Shown here in pieces: positions 28,801 to 40,800 of a stretch of DNA of 64,000 bases. The position numbers were made by a program, and so were the translations under genes. The stretch covers positions 13,826,001 to 13,890,000 of the forward strand of contig OX442314.1 in assembly GCA_949358305.1 (NCBI GenBank). Reading direction: 5' to 3'. Origin of the DNA: Strigamia acuminata. Taxonomy: Eukaryota. Positions within the stretch are counted from its first letter, which is position 1; every line of letters begins with the position of its first letter. A model generated the notes under the pieces. That model ran no database searches. It had not been told where the DNA came from and worked only from the letters and a program-made list of their open reading frames with translations.

Positions 28801-31800
28801 GACAACCTAATTTGGTTCAAACGCAAATCTTCATTTAATTCCGCGACCAAAATTTTGAAATTATACTCCACTATGACCTATGTCCAAAAGATGTCCCGTA
28901 AACAACCCAACATGCCTGGAATGCCCATAAAACGACCTGCAGGCGTTTCAACATGCCAGGAATGTCCATAAGATGTCTCCGACTTGACACTTTGCGAAAA
29001 GGTTCTACTTCAACAAGGAAAAAATAAACTCAGAAAGTTCAATTACAACTCTCTCGTTGCAATAGTCGTTCCCCGATTGAAATGAATGTGCTCTGGTGTC
29101 TTCAGTTTTGATTCTAGGATCTTCTGCTCAGTTCCGTTTGTGTCAGATGAGTTCCAACTGCCAATTGGATTTATATTGTCTTTTTTTTTTATATTTCATA
29201 TTTTTATTAAGATCTAGTTTTTCTCATTGGCTATATTCCATATTTGTATTACTGTATTTGCTTTGGTGTACTGTATATACATTTCTTGTTTAAACTAATA
29301 TTATTTGACTTTATGTTTTAATTTCGTGCTTGCCGCCAGGGAGCGTGTATTTTTCTATACAGTGTTTGCTATCATTGCATTATTAAGCACTATTTGTGCT
29401 TGAGACCGATCACATGCTTCGTTTCCCCCGTTTGTTTACGTGGATGAGCTTTAAGATGGATAGAAAAGTGAGTCGACACGATACAACTCCTGTTGGGTGG
29501 TAACCGTAAAAAAGTTTTATAGTTTCAAAGTCAAGACGTGAGTATTGGCGTAAAGCAATGCGAGCCTCGCATTTCAATTCTAGACAGTACCTCACCTCAC
29601 CTAACTCTCTCTGCCAGCTATCAACTTTATACTGCTCGCCTTTAGTATATAGGGCCAACCATTTGGACTCCACAAGGCAATTGAAAAAGAGATTTAAAAT
29701 TGAAAGAAAGAAGAGAAAAATATTTCGCAAGACCGAGGAAAAATATAGCCACTAGATAAATTGTATTGACGTAGGATTCAAGAGATTCGCCAAGCTGCTT
29801 GCCACCAAGCAATAAACCAATACATTACGTTTACTTTGCTCTTTACATCAATTTTCTTCCCACCACTAATAGTCAACTAGTTATGATTGCTACTCTCAAT
29901 CTCCACGGAAGGAAAAGACAAGACGGTGCATTGATTTATTAGTGTGCGCGTGTTTACTCTTTCATCAACAAAGATCGAAGGGTCGACAACTGACCACACG
30001 GGAGAGACAAGCATCATGGGAGTTCTATGACCAGCAATGATCTCATGAGATCATTAAAACGTAATACTAACCAAGGGCGTTTAGCTGGCATGGAGGTGCT
30101 GTTTTTAATATCTCTCTTTGGTTCCATTTCTTTCGATAAATTGAAGGAAATGAAGAGAAAGAATTAAACAAGCAGGTTGATTGCTTTGTTTGGTAGCTTT
30201 GAATTCAGAAAGTAGAAAATATGTGAACAAAAATAATGGAAATTCCATGACCGTTGCCGCAATCGAGACAAATTGATTTGTCGGTGAAAATAGGAAATAA
30301 AAATTGTTTGCCAGAGGATTCGCATTATTTGTTTACTGAATTACGTTTATGCGTTTCCATGCTCGTGTAATCTGCACTTTACTCGTCTGTTTTCTTCCGT
30401 AATAGATTTATTAGAGAAGGGAAGAGTGCAGCAGCGAGCGAATAAAAACGTCAGTTGCTGTGAGATATGATTAAGGTTGCACGTTAGATCACATTCAACA
30501 ATTTCGGATTCAAACTTTGTTGGTGTATGAAAAGACATGACCTGTGGACAAAGTGTGAATAGAAGTTGACAAGACGAAAAGTGTGTTATGATCGATTATA
30601 CGCGCATAACATGCGTCGATGCTAATGGCTTCCTGAATAAAGTTGCTAAAATAAATAGAGTGCAGTTTACTAGACATAAAATGTGTGTGTGAGTGTGTGT
30701 GTATACGCCTTAACGACGGGAAAAAGAACTGGAGTCTGGGACTTCTATAGAGAAAACAATTTTCCTCAAGGGATACACTGAACAAGAAGAGGGATGCGCA
30801 GTGAAGGAGAAAAAAGGAGCAAGGACAATGGTCGGTAAGAATGCGTGGCAAAAAAGGGAGGTAAAGAACGTTCTCTTTTACTTTATACCTTAAGAGAATG
30901 TCACAGTATTAGGTTCAGTAGTCGTAAAAAAAGTGAAATACAAAAAAATAAAAGCAAGGGGGGAAAAGGAAAAAATAAATAAAATGTAAATGTATATCTT
31001 AAAATTTGTTACAATTGAAAATAGGCGTTTAAAGGCTTTTAAGAGCCCGATCTAAAGCTGCTCTGTGCATTTAAAAGCTAAGACAGAACGAAAAGATAGT
31101 AAACGCCCATGGAAATCCACACACATAAAGTTGTATAATTCTAAAGTTGTGTTTGTGCTGAACTAGAAGAAAATAAACTTTAATTTTGTCTTAGAATTCT
31201 TGATTTTGATGTATAAACAACAAAGCGCCTCGTCAAATTTTAAAACGTTTCAAAATCTGTGTTGTGTACTGCAAACGTAATTATTTATTGCTTTACTTAT
31301 ATATATTTTACATCTTTACCTTCAAGATGTAAAATAAACAGACCAAGGTTTATGCCTAACTTTATTCCTCTTTCACTCCTCTAATAGAAGTGAAAATTCT
31401 TTATTGTTCATTACCTGGCCAACCGTTACTAGGGGAAAATATGGAAGCTGCATGATGCTTTGTGCATTGTATTGTTGCCCATATAATGCACTTCCTAACT
31501 GTGCTCAAGCCTGCACAATTTCACAATATGTTCTTCAGATCTTTGTGCATAAAATTTTCTAGTAGACACATAACTATACTTCTACGGTTTTACCCTATAC
31601 CATTAACTATAAAGCATCAAGGTAAAAGACGAATTACGCAGTTTATTCCACGATAAACGCTAAAAAAAAGTGTTATTAGGTGTAAAGTTGTCACAGGCTG
31701 CACACCATAAGTTACAAAAGCGTTAAGTCTTTTATTTTTACAACTGGAGGTGTCTTTAAAGCGCATGCTTCACTGTAAAACGAAAAAAAAATGCACCGAA

Positions 31801-34800
31801 ACATTTTGTTCGTCCGCATCTAAATGCGCGCATTTTGGGACATTGTTTTACTCCTAAACACATCTTTTATTTTTTAAAGAATAGTAAATAACAGTCACCA
31901 TTAATCCTTTTTAAAAAGAGCTTCTACTTGCAAAAGTTTTGAATAATACATTCAACAAATCTAAAAAATTCTCACTTTCTATTCTGTTTCCCGCGCATTG
32001 GAGACTGCATGCAGTCTCTATCTCTAAAACTAAGCTTTTGTGTGCATTCACGAACTTTGTTGTTAGTTTTCACAAAGAAAATAAAGAAGAAACTTACCAT
32101 TTATCACGCAAGCAGACAAACAACGTTCTCCTGCAAAAAGAAAAAAGAAAAAATCATGAGAAACTGTCGGCTATCATGTGGGCTTAATTAAGAGTGTAGT
32201 AAAACAAGACCCCGAGTTCAAACTCATACTCTCGCTAGGCCAAAGGGGATAACATAGGTAATCTCTGCTGGTACTAAACACGAAAAAATTCCTGCTCTCA
32301 TACGTGTTATTATCAGATTCAGTGCTCGAGTGACACATTTTATTAAACTCTCATTCTAAATGTAACATTTCAAGCAAAAACTACCCGCACACTTTACTTT
32401 AAAAAAAAATACTGTATATGTAAAAACTAAAATGGCGAGGGGATATAAAGATAGGAGTTAAGTGGTTTAAAAGTGAATGTGGGGTTGTTAAATTTTGCAG
32501 GCAAAAATATGGCAAGGTTTTAAGTTAATGCGTGTTTTCTTCAACTCCAGACGGAGTCGTACTTTTATTAATTCTAAGTCATAAAACCAACAAGGTCATT
32601 AAAGTTGCTGGGAATTAGCCCATAAACTACTTAAAATGGTGGGTGGAATATTAAGGGTTATCGAGACACTTGTGAATGCGGCCTCACTTATTAGCTCGAG
32701 CTCGGGCTTTTACGGGCGATGCGGTCCATCATCAGACAAGTCACGTAATATACGGAAAAAGAAGACCTTAATCTACAGCTAAACACTTTCAGGACCTAAT
32801 AAACTGCCGTTTTATCGCTTTTACAAGAAAGGCAAGAAAATTTAACGCAATATTCGACAGGCATGAAAAGGCACTTTTTTAAAACACTTTTTCTTTTTTT
32901 TTTTTTTTTTTGTGAATCGTTGCGCTTGTAATTTCATTAGATTGTGTTGTTATACACTCGCCAACGTTGTTATAAAAGTCTAAACTTATATAGTCATCAC
33001 TCAACTTTTCATTTTTCAGCAGTCTCTTTAAATTGCTTTTATTCTGCTTTTGCTTGATGAATTCCCATTAAGTTTTTTGCTCCGCTATTTGATAATTATG
33101 TGTGTGATGACATGTTTGTACGTAAACTGCCGACAGATGAAGTGGGGTCGAAAGGACAGAGGGAAGAGATCAGAAACTGAAGTATGTAAATAAATAAATA
33201 TGAAAAAAAAAATATGAGCTAAAGTATAAAATACAGTTCTCCTTTTGGCTATCAAAAAATCCAAAAAAAATAATATTGAAAAAGAGAAGCTGACATTTGT
33301 AGAAGAAATGTCTTGAGAGTTTGGCATATGTGGTCGTTTTCCGCAAATTGGAAAGAAAGTTGAAAGAAAAAAATCAATGACGAGCAGTTGGTCCACAAAT
33401 GGTGTGTCAAGACTACAAAAATGTTTTTGTTTTTAGCTAAAACGAGTACGCACGCATATCTTCTACATAATTACACCAAGTAGAATGTAATACGTAGGCG
33501 ATAGTGACAACTGACATTCAAATAACACGATAATAATAATAACATTAGAGTAGTTCATTTTTTGGGGAAGAAAGCAATAAAAAAAAAATACTATTTTATG
33601 CCTAAAAGCAATCAAATGAAGATTACGATACTCCCTGACAGGTGAAAAGAGTAAAAAGAACTCGTATAAGGGTTGATAAGTTGGTGGGAACAAAGTTTGT
33701 TATCGGGTTTTCTTCCAATTTGTTCTTTGGTTGTTTTATTTTTCTCATAATTGCAAGGTGCTTTAAAATTCACGGGAATGTCTGATCCTATTTTAATGAG
33801 AAATCAAAAGCTTGCTTCGCTTCCTTAATCAGGAATGGGCTGAAGCACAATGGCCGCAATTACCACGGGGGTAAGGGATTGAATGCTGATGTTTCCCCTC
33901 CAAGCCAAAGTCATTACTCAGGAAAAGGGTTGTGGGCTCAGCAGGACAATGACAAAAGTCATCCAATAGACGCTGCTTTTGTTCAATTCATTGATTAAAA
34001 CGAATTTAGATTGGCAAAGCAAAAGCATCAACAGGTCAATTGTCAATATTGAACAAATAAAGCGTTTCGTTTAAATTTCGAATAAAGCAAGATCATAATT
34101 TGTATAAAAAAATATTGAGAAAATATTTGTAGGAGGTCCCCATATGGTGCAAAAATATATTTTTTGCAATGTTTGTAATTTTTACTGCTTTTCACTTAAT
34201 GTATTCCAAAATGTATAGCATTTCGCAGAATTAAGTATATAATTTTTGCATTAAATAATAATAATAATAATAATAATATTTCACATTTGACAAATAATAA
34301 TATTGGGAATGCATTTCATTTTTCATTTTACAAAACGCCCTTACAAACCAATAGCATGCAAAAAAATGTATTACAAAATCCATTCTCGGAAAACCCAATG
34401 CATTTCAAAATACATTGCAATATAATTCCAATGTATTTTAGAACCACATGGGCCCAAGACAGATTGAATGTGTCTGGATCCTTATGTTAAAAAAAAAAGT
34501 AAAAAAAAAATTATCTTATTTTTATGGTTCAAATTTCACCCGACATGGGTATCGCGAGATAACAAAACCCCTTAGGTTTCTTCGTAAAACAGTCATTTCT
34601 AAAACCTTACCCAGAGGAAAATTATCAAAACACGCAATGATGTCGTCCACCAAACGGCGCAGTTTCTCCTCTCCAGTATCCTCTGCTACGCCGTGAAGCC
34701 GAACCACTAAAGCATCTTGAAGGAATCCAGCAACTGCCTCATGAATTTCAATGGGCGATCCTTGAAGTGCACTACAATTATGAAAAATTACAAACATGAA

Positions 34801-37800
34801 AAAAAGCTTAACTTAAAAACTTATCCTTCATATTTTATTTATACAATTTCTTTCCCCCAAACAGTGCTGAGGTTAAACAGTAGTTAAAAACACCGAACTT
34901 ACACTTTCCTATGTACGAAAAATGAGTCTATTACCCTCAGTAATTACATAAGTAGTAATTGAGTTAAGTCTACTCTGTTGTTGCTGAATGGCTGCTCTGG
35001 AGAATTAAAACCACAGAAGTCATGACTTTAGGGATAAGAGAAAACTAGTAGGGGGTATAATGGCCGGATGCTTTTACCCTCCTAGATTTACCTCACCTCC
35101 CCACACACACTCCACACACAAATAGGAAACTGAAATGGAAAAAAGAAAAAAAACTTTTCCCCCTTGTCATTTTTTCCTGATGGGTTTCTGACTTGTCAGA
35201 TGCGAGGGAGAAATAGGGATAGGAAAAAAAAACAAAAACAAAAAAAGATAAGACATTTCCTGAGTCTATATTCAGAACAAGATATAACATTCGGATATGC
35301 AAGGGCAAATACGCACTTGAGGCATTTCTATTTTCCTCATTTAAAGCCAACCCTAATTAGTGAAAGGCGATGACCCCATCACCAAGGATCATTTATAAAC
35401 ATTTATAGCAACTATAAAATGGGGATCTGTTTAAAGTGTCCAGTAAAAGTTTCGCCATAAAATCAATAGTTTTAATTACAGCTGAGGAGTGAAAATCCCT
35501 TTGCTTCTTTACAAATGTTTCACCAAGGCCTCGTTTGCGCTGCAGCTAATTTCGGCGGAAAAAGACACTTTTTATGTCGCTATCTGTGAGCGCACATTTG
35601 TCCATAGAGAATCATAAGGCGACATAATTTTTCCTTAAAAAACTCGGTTTTCTCACAAGATATTCAAGTTGGTCACTCTAGGACTCCTTTAATATCAGAA
35701 ACAACGTTCATTGCACCCAACACGACTTCCGGTTATTTGTTCATATCACGAAAGCAGCAAACTACAAGGAATATATATATTTTTTCTTTTGGGGGACCAA
35801 GATAACAACTGTTGTTGACTGAACCAATAAGCGAAAAGGGTCGAGAAAATACGATAACAATGGAATTAGTACTTTTCTTCATATCTGTGATCAGTGTCAG
35901 ATACCTAGTGGCAAAACAACTCACTCTTCAAAAAAGGGAATGAGTGGGTGAATAATTTATGTTATATATACCCATCTGAGACTCACACAGCCGTGTAAAC
36001 AGAATGAAAATATTCGAATTCAGTTCGGCGAAGTGGAATTAAGAGCGCAAAGAAAAAAAACAATCAAAACGTTGGAATTTCAATCAGCAATTAAACGGAG
36101 CCGGTGCCTTATTTAATGTATTTTTTTAACCGTTTTAAAAATCGGTTCATAGTGGGGGCTATAAATTGGCAAAAATGCATCCGACTAAGCAGTTTTGCGT
36201 CTCTTTTTCCTTGATAAAGCCAACATCTGTCGCCACCCACATCCCTATAGCGAGCGTGCAGAAGTTAGCACTCGCTCGTGCACTCGGAAGCTTTTGCTTT
36301 ATCACGCCAAATAAATCACGGAACCAAAGTTGGAAATGTCTACTTTAAAACCCATTGTATAAGACCGTAAATGTGGTACACAAAAATCGACCATCAATAT
36401 TTCATACAGAAAAATCAAGCGAAGCAAAGACCAGGTGATGCTTCTTGCCAGTAATTTGGAGACTTGCAAACTGAAAACAAAAGTAGCCCTTTCATCTAGT
36501 CGTCATGGTAACCGTTTCCACGCCAATAAATCACGATGCAAATGGTGGCGCAGGATGTTTGTGCTCTCTCCGGACTTAAAGCAAAGAGGCAACGGGTGAA
36601 GCAGACAGTTGGCGCCAACAACCAACCCCTTTCTCATCTCGCACACAGGGACTGGTGAATAGCAGTCAAGCCTTTTCTATTTGAATCAACTCTTAAGAAC
36701 AACTGATAAGTTTCTCATTTGAGTCGGTTGTTGTGCGAATTAAGCAACTACCATCTGCGTTACAAGACACAATTATCTCCAAGAGAAGACTTTATTTACT
36801 GCAACAAATCTTCCCTCCATTCACACATGAAATTGAATTGAATGCACGACACAAACTTGTGCTGGTAGGCACTTTGCTAATTGAACTTAAGGAAATTCTC
36901 CGATTTCAGTCTAGATTGCGCCAAACAACTTCTAACGCTTGCTTTATTCAGCAGATAGAAAGAAACATCAATACCAATCAGCAACGAGCATTGACTAGAA
37001 AACAAGACAACGACAAACTACTTTCTCCCACCCTACCACTAAAATGATATCATATCCGAATTGGTTTTTCCATCCATTAATGCTCCCATCAATTTGAAAT
37101 TCTTTTGGAGACGGACCAATGAAACCGTGCTGTTCCTACCAGTGATCTCATCGAGTCTGAGTCCTAAAGTAGTTCAGACGCTAAATTCACTAATAAAATC
37201 TCATTAATCAGGTCTGTTTCTACCAGTTGTTGATACTGTGATTCACACAAGGGCGCCAAAAGTTCGAGGCACCGCCATTCCTCCTGGATTGAGCGCTATA
37301 CAGGCTCAGTCAATAGTCTGGACACAGAAAATGACTAAAGATATATCAATTCTAATAATGCGATCGAATATCAAGTTCTGACCTTAAATTTGACTCGGAA
37401 GGCCATCTTCAAAGTTATTTATTTTGTACTTTTTAAACGGTTGAAGATAGAGCAAAATTTCCAATTACAAAGTTGTAGCGTACCCTCGAATTAGTACTAT
37501 GCAACTTAGTTATCTTAAATCAAATGTTTTATTTTTAAAAAGGAAAACAAATCAGCAAATATTGCGAAATCAAATTTGCCACACTTTGGCGGTCTATTCG
37601 CTATTTGTTGTAGTAAGTCAAAAGTCAGGACATGCATCATTTTCAAGAAAAGAGTCATGTCCTGACTTTTGACTTACTACAACAAATCGCGAATAGAACT
37701 CCAGTGAGTAGCAAATTTGATTTTGCTATATTTCAGGGCCCATCTCGACAGAAATTCCGAGAAGTTAAAACCTGCAAGTTTTGAATATTTACTTGTAAAT

Positions 37801-40800
37801 AAACCTGTGCAATGTGTTAATGTGTTATTTTGCATGAAATTTGATACTCTGCACTTATAAAAGATAAAAACACTAAAACATTATAGGAGTTATTGTTTCA
37901 TTGCCATTCTTTATGGGAATGACAAGTTGAGTTTTCCAAGACGTAAAATGGCCAAGAATGCCAGGAAAAGACAAATCATCCGGAATTAATGGCATGGAAA
38001 GAAAAGGCCTTATCAGAAAGGGCTCATCCTGTCATTGAATGGTGAGATGAAACAAATGCAGAGTAAGGAAAACGCTTCCCCTCAATACACCCCACCACTC
38101 TTATTCCCTCCTTTTCCGATAGGACAGTGAAACAAATCTTCTTTAAGATTATAGCCAACGTTTGTATGTACACCGATAAAGTATCACGTGTGTCTCTTTT
38201 ATTTTTAGCACTTTAAATATTTCTGCAATTTGTAAAATCAGCTTCTGCTTCAGCAATTCTCAACTCGTAATGCTCTTTTAACATTACACAGACCTCTTGT
38301 TTTTTCTACTAATTACTCAAGTTGAGTTTTATTTTAATCAATGTCAAATGAGTGCCTTTCTTATAATGAAAATTAATGGCGAGGCCAGGAACGACACACT
38401 TTAAAAATTGCATAGATAATTGCATAGAGGAAAAAAAAACTAAAAAATGAGCCTGCTTTGCCTCTTTGCCAATATCGCACGTGAGGCAACCGGAAAAATC
38501 GATGTGTCGACCCTAACACTCCTGATGTATAAGTGAATGTCTATTAAAAAAATATTTAAAAGAATAATGAGATGGGCGGAAAAAAATACCCGAAATAATA
38601 ATGGCTTACGGGTATTAGGAGAAGCGAACAGTACACCAAACTAAAATGCAACTAAAGGGTCATCAAGGGGCAGCTCCCATTGCAATAGGTCAAGCAAACA
38701 AGTCATTGCAAATCCATTACATGGTTGTTTACTGTAGATCAAATTTAAAGTTACTTCTACTCCGTCTGTAAATTTTCCATTTGAATTTTGGGGGCCCTGA
38801 GCACTGGCACGAATAGAGGCCCATTCATATTAACCCTCCCCACTCCAACCTAACGTCGATTTTGACCAAATCGCAAAACATTTTTTTCACAAAATTCCTT
38901 TGTTTACTCACTACTTTTGAATACAATGTCAATTATTTTTGTCGCTCGCTTTTGACAAATACCAAATTGCTTAAATTTCTTCATAAACATAAAATACCGG
39001 AAGAATAAAATCATTTTCACTCATTTTTGGAAAAAAAAATTTCGGCTTGGGGTAAAAAATGACCCGGGTTGGTTGAGTAAAGGATTTTTTTAGGTTGGTA
39101 CTGCCAGGGTTATTGAAATAACACTAAAATAAGCATAAAAATGTTTTGATAAATTAAAATGGGGCCTCTAGGCGAGTGCCGAGTACACTCATGTTATAAT
39201 GCGCCACTAGGAATTACTGAAAATCCTCTGCGCCCAGTTTGCCATCACCCCAGTTGGCCGTATTCCAATTTTCGACAAAAGGGCAAACCAGTGACTACGT
39301 GTTTGTATTTGAAGCCACTTTTAATATAAAATAGGTTCTTTTTAAATTTAAAGACTAGTATGATTTAGTGTATAAATGACAGAATGGCAGATTATGATTA
39401 CTGTCACTTAGCAAGCTGTTTGGCGAAGGAAACGATAGCTAATTTTAGTGATTTAAATGCTGACATTACAACAACCATCTCTCATGACTTGGAGCCAAAT
39501 TTTTTAAAAAAAATAAAAGTAATATTCATTCCTTCGTTCCAGTATCTAATAAATAATTTTATTCCCGCAAATCACCAATGCTCAAAACACAATTCATACC
39601 CTATAGGAAAATTTGCCAAAAGCCGACTTGCACAAAGAAGCAAAAATATTGACATGAAATTGTGAAAAGAAAAATGCTAAAAGGGAGAAGAAAGAATAAA
39701 GTATACGAAAGATGGGATTGACTCGTGTGGAAAGCCTATTAGCCGAAGACAGACTCATTCCAATTGGATTACATCAACAAAATAGTATTAAAACGTACGC
39801 CTCGAACTCGCCAGAGGTGACAGTGAATGATTCTTCTGTAGGAATGGAAAGGCAAAAGCAGAAATAAATATTTAAAAAAAAAAGCAAAGGGTTCATACTT
39901 CAATGCCCTTCCCTCAGTTGATGGGACTAAGGTTTGTAATAAAAGACCGAGAGAAAGAAGACGGGATAACGACTGCCAAGACACATCAAACAAGCGAAAG
40001 GTCGTTTATGTGAGGGGTGGCCATCAAACAGAAAACAGAGAAAATTTGCTGCGTCACAGTCTTCCACACTAGATGATGATCCAGCAACACATCTGTCTGG
40101 AAAACAGTGCAGTGGAGAACCCGCAAGAAACAACAAAAGAAAAAAAAGAAAGCGAAGAATGACTCCATCAATAAAAAGCTTCTTTTCCTTAAATAGATGA
40201 CCCGCATTTTGTTTGATAGTTCCACTACTTTATTTTCTATTCTCCGAAGAGAATGGAGTTAGTGATAGATAGGGTCGAGTGAAGTTTCACTTAATAACAT
40301 CCTATGACACTTGGAAGGTTGTAATGTGCTCTATAAATCACGCGGACGCAACTTGTTGTAATTCTGTGTACAGAAAATAAAAAATTCCAGCTCGTTAAAC
40401 ATGAAATTAGTGGCAACAAAATATCAGTTTAATAAAACTTTTAAGGATATTCAGTAACAAAGTGGCACTCGGAGCAGCAAAAGAGTGATGCTTAAGCGCT
40501 TAAATGGCCGCTTTAAATAACTATGAAACATGGAAAGACCCTTGCACAAGGTGTTTAAAGCATGTTGCCACTGGTTTTTGATTGCCTACACAGTTGCTAT
40601 GCAGATCACGTAAGGACTACTACAGTACTTTGCTTGCTAACGTGCAATCTTACACGAGTAAGGGCTAACGACAACGTCGGTCTAATAGGACGGCTACTGC
40701 ATTAGCCGACGGTACAAGTGCCACTAAAAGGGGCAAAAGACCGACCACGCCTTGACCGCAACTCAAGCCTTTTAATGAAACCATATAACTTAATGCCTTC

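Noticed and set aside
32170..32240. B-box-like GAGTTCAAAC suggesting a tRNA or SINE
   Set aside because: No A box or cloverleaf; single short match.
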